Shown: positions 40,252 through 51,074 of the stretch, one piece after another
How the letters are laid out: the number at the start of each line of letters is the position of its first letter
Position numbering within the stretch: position 1 is the stretch's first letter
Source: Bacilli bacterium
GTDB lineage: Bacteria; Bacillota_I; Bacilli_A; ML615J-28; CAG-313
Length of the DNA: 64,000 bases
Direction: 5' to 3'
NCBI GenBank assembly: GCA_017398545.1
Contig: JAFQFT010000021.1
Coordinates: 2,094 to 66,093, forward strand
Notes under the pieces: generated by a model
Seen by the model: the letters and a program-made list of their open reading frames with translations, nothing else
Database searches by the model: none
Told to the model about the DNA's origin: nothing
Made by a program: the position numbers and the translations under genes

Positions 40252-40960
40252 AATTAATTTCCTCTTTTTCTTTCTCTTTATTTAACATTTCTTTATATAC
40301 ATTTCCATATTTAGAAAATGATTGTTTATATATATTATTTTCACCTAAAAAATCAAGTAACCATCTTGGAAGCCCCATCACAGTTTTAACTTCCATAAGA
40401 ACACTATCACTTGGTAATATTAAATTACCATACGCATCTTTTGTTAAATCAATATCATAATCACGCCACATAATATTTTTATCAAATGTTATTCTAAAAT
40501 CTAAATCCTCTTTTCCAATATATGCGAGTCTATCATACGATAAAAAGATAGCAGGTTTTAAATCTTTGTAATACTTTAACGTATATGCTATTTCTTTTGT
40601 AATTTGTAATTCATTTGGTAAAACATTTTTATCTAGAAATAATCTAGCAACATTATAAGGTAATACTTCTCTTCGTTTATATACTACTTTTTTATATTTC
40701 TTTTTTAGTTCAACAAATACATCATCATCACTATCAACTGTTTTATAAGACCTAATTCTTAGTTTTTCTTTATAATCTGGTTTTTCAATTGATGTTCTTA
40801 TAAGTAAAAAATTAGGGGTATCATAATAAATATTTCTAATAGTACTTTTAAAATACTTATCTTCATTCATATATAACCCTAAAATTTCTATAAGTCTATT
40901 CATTTGTTGTAATGTAATTATATATTTTAACTCATTGCGTTTAAAAACTTTTTTATTCAT
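40244..40960 (-). CDS. VTC-domain (polyphosphate-polymerase-like, CYTH-like tunnel) protein
   Basis: N-terminal RNELKYII (the E-x-K of CYTH/VTC), basic residues along the beta strands, and 238 aa. Overlaps the DUF4956 gene by 8 nt. Confidence 0.6.
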   Translation of the reverse strand: MNKKVFKRNELKYIITLQQMNRLIEILGLYMNEDKYFKSTIRNIYYDTPNFLLIRTSIEKPDYKEKLRIRSYKTVDSDDDVFVELKKKYKKVVYKRREVLPYNVARLFLDKNVLPNELQITKEIAYTLKYYKDLKPAIFLSYDRLAYIGKEDLDFRITFDKNIMWRDYDIDLTKDAYGNLILPSDSVLMEVKTVMGLPRWLLDFLGENNIYKQSFSKYGNVYKEMLNKEKEKEEINYA

Positions 40961-41067
40961 ATTACTAGCCTCTTATATACATTATATCAAATTATTTAAA
41001 CTATATATAAAAATTAACTAATTTTTTAAAAAAAATGATAATAGAATAAACTATTATCATTTAAATT

Positions 41068-43593
41068 TTATAAATCATGTTTTGTTAGAATTTGAGATGG
41101 TGTTAATCTCATATATCTAGTTATAGGTATAATACCTACAATTATATTAATTAACATAAGACCAAATGTTACTAAAACAAATGTCATAAACGATATTGAA
41201 AAATCAATATAAATAATTGGAATTGATGAAATTATGTTTGTAATAATATAACAAAGCATTCCACCTATTAATGTAGTTTTTAAATTAATAAATAATATTT
41301 CAAACGCATAAATGGAAATTACACTTGATTTTTTGATTCCTAGTGCTCTATAAACTCCAATATCATATATATTACTTACTGCAAATGATTTCATTGAAAA
41401 TAGTACAATTAAAACTGATATTACAAGAATTGTAAAAGTAATAAGAATTCTAGAAGAAATTATTTTATCTGCTTCATCATAATATGGTTGTAGTTTTTTA
41501 TTATATTCTGATGTAGCACTTAACTCTAATTTAACATCTTCATTTTCAGGAGTTGGACCAGTATAACCGAATTCTAAATTAGCTTTTATTTCACCACTTG
41601 CAAATAGTTCTTTTCTTTCATTAATAAATTGATCTACTTTTGCAACTTCTTCTTCATTTTCACATACTACATTAAGAATATTATATTCTCTTTTTATAAC
41701 TGATCTTAAAATATCATAATATGCATCATCAGATACTATCGTTGTATATGGAAAACCTTCAAAATCTATGCTTTTTACAATTGTAAATTCCATATCATAA
41801 TCACTATTATATCTAAAATAATCAAGCGTGCTTGGAGTAGATTTACTTAAGTTCCATAAACATTCTCTAGAATCAAGTTCAATGTCTAATTTTCTTCCTA
41901 AGTGTTTTTCAAATTCTGATAAAGAACAAAATGTAATACTAGTTTTGTTTAATGAACCCATATAAATATCTATCATTGTCCATTTATTTACATAAACTGA
42001 GTTTTGGTTAGTTTCACTAATACCTACAATCGTTACATCATTTTTCATATATTCAAAATTTACATTTTGATTTAAGAATGATGCAACATTCATAAAGTTA
42101 TTTAAAGTAGAACCATTTATCGCATTTTCTAATACCCATTTATCTACAACTATCTCCATTGGATTTTCAGGAAGTCTTCCATATATTAACGAATCATCTT
42201 TCAGTGTACTAAGTGGCAAAACGCTAAAGTTGCTAAGATAGTATTCTTTATTACCAAGTTGTGTAAATGTTGACATTATATATTTTGCTTTAGTATGAAA
42301 ATTAATAACAGGTTCAATTTCAGGATTCTCTATTAAAAAATCTTTATAAAATAAATCAAAACCAAATTTACCAGCACGATCATCAATTTGTGCGCTACCT
42401 TTATCCATATATATATTATATATTCTAGAATCAGTATTTGTTAATTTTTGTTTATCAACAAAACTTGCAGTAATGATACTTTGTATACAAAGTAATGTTA
42501 AAACAACTACTACAAATAAAGTAATAGATAAAAATGTTGTTTGTTTTTTCATTTTTTTATTATTGCTCACCGCAAGACTTATTCTTTCTTTAAAAGAAAG
42601 TCCAGGTGTTTTAACAAATTCTAATTTTTCAAGTTCGAAACTACTAACCTTAACTGCTTTTTCTGTGTCAAGCACTTTTTTATAATCATCTATTAATTTT
42701 ATTTCATTAGAATTATCTAATACAATAACTGGTTGATTACTTTCTATATATACTTTGTTATTTTTATATACAATATTTAAATTAATTTTATCTTTAGAAC
42801 TTGTATAATAACTAATTTTAACATTATCATTTTCTATATTTTCATAATTTAATTCTTTCAAATAGATATTTTGATCATCCTCAAATTCATATCCATTTTT
42901 ATTATCTATAGCTTTTGTACCAGTTACTTTTCCATCTTTTAGTTCAATAATAATATCAGAATAGCTATATGCAACACGTTTTTCATGAGATACAAGAATT
43001 ACTAAAGTAGTTTTGCTAATCTTCTTTAGGATATTCATAATCTCAATTGTATTTTTCTCATCTAAGTTTCCTGTAGGTTCATCTGCTAAAATTAATGATG
43101 GAGATTTAATTAATGCACGTGCAATCGCAATACGTTGTTGTTGTCCACCTGATAATTCAGAGACTCTTTTCTTTTTATATTTTAACATCCCAACTGCATT
43201 TAAAACATAAGTAATTCTTTCATCAATTTTTTTAGAATCAAGACTATACATATTTAAAACAAGTTCTAAATTCTCATATACTGTTTTTTGTTTAAGTAAT
43301 AAATAATTTTGGAAAATATATCCTATTTTTTCATTTCTAATTTTATCAATTTTTCTTGCAGAATATTTTTTAATTATATTTCCATCAATTTCAATTTCGC
43401 CATTATCAAAACCATCTAATCCACCAAGTACATTTAATAAAGTAGTTTTACCACTTCCACTTTCACCTAGTAATGTAACTAATCCACTTTGTGGAAATTC
43501 TAATGTTGTATCGTTAATTACATGTATTTCATTATACTTTTTACGATAAAAATATTTATTTAAATTAGTTATCTTAATCATATTAGTCCTCAC
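41068..43593 (-). CDS. Fused ABC transporter ATPase + FtsX/MacB-like permease
   Basis: Walker [10 protein letters not shown], signature LSGGQQQR, Walker [13 protein letters not shown]. These are followed by a TM helix, a large extracytoplasmic region and C-terminal TM helices. Confidence 0.85.
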   Translation of the reverse strand: MRTNMIKITNLNKYFYRKKYNEIHVINDTTLEFPQSGLVTLLGESGSGKTTLLNVLGGLDGFDNGEIEIDGNIIKKYSARKIDKIRNEKIGYIFQNYLLLKQKTVYENLELVLNMYSLDSKKIDERITYVLNAVGMLKYKKKRVSELSGGQQQRIAIARALIKSPSLILADEPTGNLDEKNTIEIMNILKKISKTTLVILVSHEKRVAYSYSDIIIELKDGKVTGTKAIDNKNGYEFEDDQNIYLKELNYENIENDNVKISYYTSSKDKINLNIVYKNNKVYIESNQPVIVLDNSNEIKLIDDYKKVLDTEKAVKVSSFELEKLEFVKTPGLSFKERISLAVSNNKKMKKQTTFLSITLFVVVVLTLLCIQSIITASFVDKQKLTNTDSRIYNIYMDKGSAQIDDRAGKFGFDLFYKDFLIENPEIEPVINFHTKAKYIMSTFTQLGNKEYYLSNFSVLPLSTLKDDSLIYGRLPENPMEIVVDKWVLENAINGSTLNNFMNVASFLNQNVNFEYMKNDVTIVGISETNQNSVYVNKWTMIDIYMGSLNKTSITFCSLSEFEKHLGRKLDIELDSRECLWNLSKSTPSTLDYFRYNSDYDMEFTIVKSIDFEGFPYTTIVSDDAYYDILRSVIKREYNILNVVCENEEEVAKVDQFINERKELFASGEIKANLEFGYTGPTPENEDVKLELSATSEYNKKLQPYYDEADKIISSRILITFTILVISVLIVLFSMKSFAVSNIYDIGVYRALGIKKSSVISIYAFEILFINLKTTLIGGMLCYIITNIISSIPIIYIDFSISFMTFVLVTFGLMLINIIVGIIPITRYMRLTPSQILTKHDL

Positions 43594-45829
43594 TTATTGA
43601 TGAAATTTTAACACGTTTTTCTAAGAATTTACTAAATAATCTAGAAGTAAATAAAACTAGAACTCCTGTAGAAAGAAGTAAAATCAAATAGTCATAGAAT
43701 CTTACATATTTATACGCATCTAATAATACTTCATTTTTAGTTAAACCAAATACAAGTAATACTAAAACAATTACAAGAATATATGATATAACTCCATATA
43801 TGAATATTTCAAATATATTAATCTTTTTACATAGATTATTTGACATCCCATTCATTTTAAATATCAAATAATCATTCTTTCTAAACTTAAGAATAGTAAA
43901 CAAAAGAATAACACCAACAATATTTACAACTATAAAAGCAACAATAGATATAGCTAAGTTTACGTATCTTATTATAACTTTACTTTCATCATATCCTTTT
44001 GTGCTAGATTCAAAACATGATAACGAGTCATAGCCATTATCTAATAAATCTTTTTTTACATCATTATAATAAGCATAATCTTCAATAAATACGGCAAATT
44101 GTTTTTTCTCTTTTACTAAACTATAAATTACATCAAATAAATCTTCAGACACACCAAGAGCATTATTATGAATATTATGACAATTTTTTTGATTAAACTT
44201 TAATTTTAAATCATAACTATAATATCCAAGACTTAGATTACTATTTGTTCCGCTTGAAAACAAATAACTACTAGCATCGTTAAATAATGCTTTACTGAAT
44301 GAACAATCATATTCACCAATATTTGGATCAAGTACAATTTCATCAAAATGAAAGCGTTGATGTTTATACGCACCACCTGCACCTTTGACTTGATAATTAA
44401 CAGTAATTCGATATTTATATTGTAGTAAATCTATTAATTGACATAGTTTTTCAGAAAAATAAGCTTGTTCAGTTGGTTCTTTTAAAATACCAACAATCTT
44501 TAATTCATATTTAAACATTACCCCTGCATTCCATTTTCGTTGGTCATTAAACATTACAGTTTCAATCGTGTCAAGTAAACCATCATCACTAGCATAGACA
44601 ACCATCTCATATGGATTTTCAGGAAGTCTTCCATAAGCCAAATCACTATCAGATAAAGAACAAGCACTTCTCATAAAACGAGTAAAATCTTGTAATCTAT
44701 AATAAGATAAATCAACTGTAACAGGATCCATGTCATCTAAATAACCATTTTCAATAACATATTTATAATCTGTTGGTCTAAAATAATTTACATCAGTAAT
44801 ATAATCATACTTTTCAACACTTACTACTTTATCAACCATTGCACCATTCATAATATCATCTGTTATTACATCTTGCTCAAGTGTTCTAACAAGTAGTCTT
44901 GTATCATCAAAATTAATAAATAATTCATCATCTAATACTTTAGTTTTTGCATCATTTAAATTTGCTTTAAAATTTACAATAAAAATAAAACTTGAAAGAA
45001 CCGATATTAATACAATCATAAATAATAATAAAGTTCTAACTGGTTGTGCTTTAAAGTTAAGATAAGAAAAATTTAATACTTTATTTCTATCTTTTGATAA
45101 TTCCTTATCAGTTTCAACAGGAACGATATTTTTAGGTTCATTAATTAATTCATCATTAACAACTTCGCCATCATGAAGCCTAATTTTTCTTGTTATATAA
45201 GGTTCTACTTGTGCTAAATTATGTGAAACAATAATTACTAATTTATCTTTTGACAACTCTTTTAATATTTCTAAAATAGCTTTAGCATTTTCATCATCTA
45301 AGTTTCAAGTAGGTTCATCTGCAACTATAATATTTGTTTCTTTAGCAAGTGCTCTTGCTATAGCAAGACGTTGTTTTTGGCCACCTGATAGTTTTGTTGT
45401 TTTTTTATTAACATCACCATCAAGACCAACTTTCTTCAATATTTCTAAAGCTTTTTCTTTTGCAGTATCATATGGAACACCTGCAATGATATATGTGACC
45501 ATTACATTTTCAATTACACTATATGATTCAATTAAATTATAATTTTGAAATATAAAAGATATTTCATTTTTACGATAATTTTCAAAGTCTTCTTCATCAA
45601 AATAAGAAGTAGGTTTCCCATTAACATATATTTCACCATCTTCATAAGAATCAAAACCTGAAATAATATTTAATAAGGTTGTTTTACCACTACCACTTTC
45701 ACCAGTCACCGCAACAAATTCACCCATTTTAAAATTTAAATTTATCTTCCTAAGTGCACAACTCACATTAGAAGAATTATAATAATATTTGGATACATTC
45801 TCTAGTCTTATCATGTTTGCCTCCTCCAT
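43583..45829 (-). pseudogene. Fused ABC ATPase + FtsX-like permease interrupted by one in-frame TGA
   Basis: ORFs 45305-45829 (ends ...IVADEPT) and 43583-45256 are in the same frame. They are separated only by TGA at 45305-45307 plus 16 open codons (NLDDENAKAILEILKE). The TGA replaces the Gly of the conserved ADEPTGNLD motif. Confidence 0.75.
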
Positions 45830-45916
45830 AATAATAGAATAATATAATATATTTTACAATAAATAACACTTTAAAACAACTATATTACTTTTTATTGAAT
45901 ATATATACTATAATTA

Positions 45917-45942
45917 GAAAAAAGTACTTCAACCGAAGTACT
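45917..45942 (-). terminator. Rho-independent terminator of the acyltransferase gene
   Basis: Stem AGTACTTC/GAAGTACT with a 4-nt loop, followed on the minus strand by TTTTTTC. Confidence 0.55.
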
Positions 45943-45955
45943 AATATTTAATCAA

Positions 45956-46657
45956 TTATTTATTATCATTAATTATTTTTTTATATAACATATTTGTATT
46001 ATTTAAAAAATACTCTGCAGCCTCTTTATGATTTTTAATATTTTTCTCTAAATCATGATAACTTCTTGGAATATCTACTATTATTTTATTAGTTTTTCTA
46101 TATAAATACATACTCACTATTTTTAAATCTTTTCCATACCTTTTTTTATATTCTTTTGCGACAACCCAAAAGCCACCAAAAAACCCTTTTATCTCATCAT
46201 GATAGCCATCACTAGAATCTTCAGGAAAAATAAGAACACTAACTCCTTTTTCCAAAGAATTAATAGCTTCATCAATTGTTCTTCTAAATCTAGCATCAGG
46301 ATATATAGGTATAATTTGCATTCCCTTATAGAACATTATCATAAAAGGAGTAATTAATGTTGCTATAATACAAGATAACCATTTTGGAACTTTTCTTTTT
46401 TGATGAAAATATACTTTATATAAATAACTCCATCTTTCTTTCAATGTTCCACACATTTGATATGCTCCCATCATCCTAAAATTAGTAGGAAAATATAATT
46501 CATAATTAGTAGGACCATATGATGCAGCATGGTTACTAATATAAAGACAAGGTTCATCTAAAATATTTTCCCCATTAATTATAATAGGTTTTTTCTTAAA
46601 TATTCTTACAATACTTTTAACAAATCTAAAAAAAGGCTTTTTATTACTTTTTCTCAT
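45956..46657 (-). CDS. Lysophospholipid acyltransferase (PlsC-like) family protein
   Basis: NHAASYGP (a variant of the H-x4-D block) and FPEDSSDG (an FPEG-like block), plus a central TM segment. Confidence 0.4.
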   Translation of the reverse strand: MRKSNKKPFFRFVKSIVRIFKKKPIIINGENILDEPCLYISNHAASYGPTNYELYFPTNFRMMGAYQMCGTLKERWSYLYKVYFHQKRKVPKWLSCIIATLITPFMIMFYKGMQIIPIYPDARFRRTIDEAINSLEKGVSVLIFPEDSSDGYHDEIKGFFGGFWVVAKEYKKRYGKDLKIVSMYLYRKTNKIIVDIPRSYHDLEKNIKNHKEAAEYFLNNTNMLYKKIINDNK

Positions 46658-46807
46658 ATCAGTACCTCATAAACTATATATAAAAATTATAACATAATTT
46701 TCAAAATTAATTATAGTATTAAGTTACAAATGCACCCTAAACTGACAAACTTTATTATTTTGTAATATTGTATCAAAAAAAGAACTCAACTCCTGAGTCC
46801 TTTTCTT

Positions 46808-48211
46808 TTAACTATTTTCTATTTTATTAAGAGCGTCTTTAATAGCCTTATCAATATCATATTCTTTTTGATTATATAATATTGCGTTAATAATAAATTT
46901 TCCTTTAGATAAAGAATCATCAAAAGTAGGAACAGCATATAAATAATCTAATTGACTTATTAAAACTTGATACACATCACCTAATAAACATGAAGAATTA
47001 CTATTTAATAAATTATTTAATACATCTTGAAATTCTTCGGAGATAATAACATCTTTACGAACTGGAAAGAAATTTGTTCTTGTTGTCCAATCTAATTGAG
47101 ATTCATAACTAGTTAAATATTTTATAAATAACCAACCAAATAATTCTTCCTGTTTATCAACACATTCAAATAATGTAAGATTAGAACCACTTTGAATAAC
47201 TTGTTTTTCAACATCATTTACCCTAGTCATTTGTGGATATGTAGTAACACCAGTTGTAAACGAACCATCAAGTGACTCATAATAAGTAAGAGAACTACTA
47301 TATCCGATAGCCATAGGAATTTGTAGGTCAACAAATGCATCTGAACAATACCAAGTATCTAAATATGTTGAAGTAACAATATTACCATCATTAAACTCAT
47401 CTACTAACCAAGTAAGGGCAGCTTTTGTTTTTTGATTATCAAATCTATATTCAAGATCACCATTTTCATTAAATGATATATATTCACTTCCCCATTGTTT
47501 AATTAAGTTAATAAATAAAGTTTCTTCCTCATCAATCCCTAATCCCCCTACTTGTTTCCCAGTATCTTTTAAAGTTTGATATTCAGTTGTTTTTTTCCAC
47601 GCTTCACAAATTTCAATTACCTCATCCCAAGTTGTAGGGATTTCCCAGTTATATTTATCAAATAAGTCTTTATTATAATATAATACTTCTGCATTTTTAT
47701 TAAAAGGAATGGAATAAAAATTACCTTCATTATCATAAATACAACCACTATTAAAGAAACTATCAATATATCCATATGAATCTTCTTTACTACCATCTAA
47801 ACCATATTCAGAATGTTTAATATATTTATCTAACAAACTAATAGTATTATCTTTAACAAATGAGGAAATTAATTTAGAATCAGCCTCTATAACAGTTGCA
47901 TGTGTACCATTGGAAATAATATCTTTAAAGTCATCATAATCACTATAAGATTTAAGTTCAACAGTGACTTTCACACCATATTTAATGGACATGTCTTTCT
48001 CATAAGATTCAATAATATCTTCTAAAACACCTATTGGATTATTATAGCCTGCCATTGTATGATAGAAAGTAACAACTGTTTCTTTAGAAGTATCAAGCTC
48101 AGTTGGTAATAAAATATCAACATCATTACTATTATTATTGTTATTATCACAAGCACAAATTACAAATAAAAATAAACTTATAAATACTATTAATAATATT
48201 TTTTTCATCAT
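46808..48211 (-). CDS. Orphan ABC transporter substrate-binding lipoprotein (family-1 sugar-type)
   Basis: Lipobox (VICA|C) and a poly-N linker. Size and overall pattern fit an extracellular solute-binding protein. No permease genes are adjacent. Confidence 0.55.
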   Translation of the reverse strand: MMKKILLIVFISLFLFVICACDNNNNNSNDVDILLPTELDTSKETVVTFYHTMAGYNNPIGVLEDIIESYEKDMSIKYGVKVTVELKSYSDYDDFKDIISNGTHATVIEADSKLISSFVKDNTISLLDKYIKHSEYGLDGSKEDSYGYIDSFFNSGCIYDNEGNFYSIPFNKNAEVLYYNKDLFDKYNWEIPTTWDEVIEICEAWKKTTEYQTLKDTGKQVGGLGIDEEETLFINLIKQWGSEYISFNENGDLEYRFDNQKTKAALTWLVDEFNDGNIVTSTYLDTWYCSDAFVDLQIPMAIGYSSSLTYYESLDGSFTTGVTTYPQMTRVNDVEKQVIQSGSNLTLFECVDKQEELFGWLFIKYLTSYESQLDWTTRTNFFPVRKDVIISEEFQDVLNNLLNSNSSCLLGDVYQVLISQLDYLYAVPTFDDSLSKGKFIINAILYNQKEYDIDKAIKDALNKIENS

Positions 48212-48279
48212 ACAACTCCTATTTATGTTTGTTAATAATATATCATAAATAGCATTTTTTTCAACTTTTTTACTAATAT

Positions 48280-48627
48280 TTAATTTTTTTCTATAAATAT
48301 AAAGTCATATACAATCTTTACATAACCATAAAAAGATATATATAAATCATACCTTCCTGGTTCTTCTATTTTATCAAAAGTCCAAACTCTTTCAATTGTT
48401 GAATTTGCTTTAATAATATTTTTCTGATAATCATTTGTAACAGGAATATCATTAGGTCTAATAATATTGCCTTGTTTATTTTTTAAATAAATTGTTGCAC
48501 CTACAATAGTTGAACTACCTTCATAGGAAAAATCCCTATTAGAACAATTAATTGTTTTAATTAATACATTAAATGAATTATTTGTATATACATGATTTTT
48601 ATTTACTATAGCTTCAAAATCAAACAT
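48280..48627 (-). CDS. Hypothetical protein (115 aa)
   Basis: ORF only. It is tightly packed after the nitroreductase gene. Confidence 0.3.
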   Translation of the reverse strand: MFDFEAIVNKNHVYTNNSFNVLIKTINCSNRDFSYEGSSTIVGATIYLKNKQGNIIRPNDIPVTNDYQKNIIKANSTIERVWTFDKIEEPGRYDLYISFYGYVKIVYDFIFIEKN

Positions 48628-48633
48628 CTTATC

Positions 48634-49143
48634 TTAATTAATATAATGAACATATTCATCATTATATTGTGTTCTTTCTTCTTTTTCTTCATCTTTGTAA
48701 CCAATATGAATTACACCTAGAGGAATAATACTTTTAGGTAGATTAATAATTTCAGTGACTTTGTTTACTCTATCCATAACTGGATATATTCCACACCATA
48801 CAGTTCCAAGATTTTCAGATGTTGCGGTAAGAAGAATGTTTTCAATTGCAGCAGAACAATCTTGAATCCAGAAATCATTGTCATTTTTTGTAATAGATCT
48901 ATCAGTATTTCCACATACAATAATCATTAATGGAGATTCAAAATCAATACTTCTTGCGACATTTCTTATTTTACTCATTACTTCTTTATTAGAAATTACA
49001 TAAAACTCCCAAGGTTGCATATTTCTAGCACTTGGTGCAGCCATAGCTGCAATAAGTAATTTCTTAATAATTTCATCACTTATTAAATCACTTTTAAACT
49101 TTCTTATACTTCTTCTTTTTAAGATAGCATCATATACATTCAT
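48634..49143 (-). CDS. Nitroreductase-family protein
   Basis: N-terminus AILKRRSIRKF and AP.S.N.QPW motifs, 169 aa. Confidence 0.75.
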   Translation of the reverse strand: MNVYDAILKRRSIRKFKSDLISDEIIKKLLIAAMAAPSARNMQPWEFYVISNKEVMSKIRNVARSIDFESPLMIIVCGNTDRSITKNDNDFWIQDCSAAIENILLTATSENLGTVWCGIYPVMDRVNKVTEIINLPKSIIPLGVIHIGYKDEEKEERTQYNDEYVHYIN

Positions 49144-49173
49144 ACATATTCTCCTTTACTTGATACTATATAA

Positions 49174-49803
49174 TTATATGAATTTGATATCTAATAGAAC
49201 ATTGACTAATTCATTAAATTTTCTTTGTAGTAGCTTTTTTTCATAAATTATTATTAATTCTGGAGCATTTTTTTCAATAAGTTTTGGAATTCTTTTATTA
49301 CAAGCAGTAATAGAATTATAATACTCCAGCAAATTAATATCTGGATACTTAGGACACACGTAATATACAGGAAGAATATTTAGAATTAGAAAATTTAAAA
49401 ATCTTCTATTTTCATCTGTAGCATATTGATTAATTAAATACTTTATAGCTTCACCACCTGATAATGCGTCAATAATACCAATTCCTTGTTCATTTAGTAA
49501 TTTAATATAAACAGTTTTTTCAATAACATCACCTTTTTTAAATTCGTTATTTTCTTTTGGATTTACAACAAAATATGCTTCACAATTTATCAAAGCTTTT
49601 AGTTTATCTTTTTCAATTTCAAATATATCTTGAAAATAATTTATATTATCTTGAAAATATTTCATTTGAACTACAGGAACATTTAACTCAATATAATGCA
49701 TAGAATTAACTTTAAATAAATATTCTAAATCCCTAGTCTCTTTAATACTTAAACCTGGCTGAAAATTAGATGACCTTCTTAAAACATTATTAACATTTAT
49801 CAT
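49174..49803 (-). CDS. Hypothetical protein (209 aa)
   Basis: ORF with AGGAGG RBS. No recognisable motif. Confidence 0.35.
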   Translation of the reverse strand: MINVNNVLRRSSNFQPGLSIKETRDLEYLFKVNSMHYIELNVPVVQMKYFQDNINYFQDIFEIEKDKLKALINCEAYFVVNPKENNEFKKGDVIEKTVYIKLLNEQGIGIIDALSGGEAIKYLINQYATDENRRFLNFLILNILPVYYVCPKYPDINLLEYYNSITACNKRIPKLIEKNAPELIIIYEKKLLQRKFNELVNVLLDIKFI

Positions 49804-49932
49804 ATTTCGTCCTCCTTATTGTAATATTTATTATATCAAAAAAATATGTATATTACAATATTTTAATAATTATTAATTATATTTTATTATTTCTTAAAAT
49901 GAAATAGGAAACCCTTAAGATTTCCTATTTTT

Positions 49933-51057
49933 TTATGCAAATTCTCTTAAAACTATATAAGTAATATAGGCTATATATAAAACAATAAAAATTACACCTT
50001 GCCACTTTTTGATATCTTTACCTAATCTTGAAATTATAAATACTAAAATACCAGATAATAATAACACCAATAAATCAGCTAGTGATTCACTTATTCCAAA
50101 TGATATTTTATCTTTAATAGTAAGATTAGAAATTGATGATGAAATACCTAATATAAATATAATATTAAAGATATTTGAACCAATTACATTACCTATTGCG
50201 ATATCATTTTCTTTTTTAATTGATGCTACCACTGAAGTTACAAGTTCAGGAAGTGATGTTCCAACTGCTACTATTGTTAAACCTACAAGTGCTTCACTCA
50301 TTCCAAGTGAAGTTGCAATATTAGAAGCACTTTCAACAACAAATGTTCCACCACCAATTATTGCTACTAATCCTGCCCCTGCAAAGATGATACTAAATAA
50401 AATATTTAATTTATTTAGCGATTCATTTACTGTTTTCTTAAATTTTAATAATAGAATAACAACAAATACAACCATTACACCAATAGTAATATAGTAATTT
50501 TCTATCATTGCAAATATACCTGCAACAGCAATTAATACACTTAAAATAACGTTCTTAACTGAAATACCTTCTTCAGTTTCTTCTTGTACATCTAGTTTTG
50601 CTTTTTTAGCTCTTACCATTAATAATGCAATATATGAAACAAATAGTAAAATAAAAATAATAGATTCAATTAAGTCTAGTTTATATGGAGTAATTACAAA
50701 TCCAAATAGTAACATTAGCCCATATAATAAAACCATAATTGGAATATCATATTTTTTCATTTCATCACTAATAACAAGTGGAACAAAAATTGATGCACAT
50801 CCTAAAATTAAGAATGTATTAAATATATTTGATCCAACTACATTTCCAAAACTCAAATCATTACTTTTAGCAAGCGATGCTTGCAAACTTACCGATAATT
50901 CAGGAGCACTAGTCCCCATAGATACTAAAGTAAGTCCAATAATTAATGATGGAACGTGCATAGCTTTTGCTATTTTACTTGCACCATCTACAAAGAAATC
51001 CGCTCCTTTAATTAATAGTAACATTCCTACTATTAATATTATCCAATCTAACCACAT
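49933..51057 (-). CDS. Ca2+/Na+ antiporter (CaCA family, YrbG-like)
   Basis: Two alpha-repeats (GTSAPEL...GNVVGSNIFN and GTSLPEL...GNVIGSNIFN), with about 10 TM helices. Confidence 0.85.
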   Translation of the reverse strand: MWLDWIILIVGMLLLIKGADFFVDGASKIAKAMHVPSLIIGLTLVSMGTSAPELSVSLQASLAKSNDLSFGNVVGSNIFNTFLILGCASIFVPLVISDEMKKYDIPIMVLLYGLMLLFGFVITPYKLDLIESIIFILLFVSYIALLMVRAKKAKLDVQEETEEGISVKNVILSVLIAVAGIFAMIENYYITIGVMVVFVVILLLKFKKTVNESLNKLNILFSIIFAGAGLVAIIGGGTFVVESASNIATSLGMSEALVGLTIVAVGTSLPELVTSVVASIKKENDIAIGNVIGSNIFNIIFILGISSSISNLTIKDKISFGISESLADLLVLLLSGILVFIISRLGKDIKKWQGVIFIVLYIAYITYIVLREFA

Positions 51058-51074
51058 TTTAAAATTCTCCTTTG

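Noticed and set aside
45305-45307. TGA at a conserved glycine codon might indicate UGA=Gly (code 25) or UGA=Trp (code 4) recoding.
   Set aside because: More than 50 kb of long ORFs in this window are uninterrupted under the standard code. Trp is encoded by TGG throughout. TGA also serves as the natural stop of purN in the ATGA overlap with purH (27694-27697). A point nonsense mutation or a sequencing error is more parsimonious.
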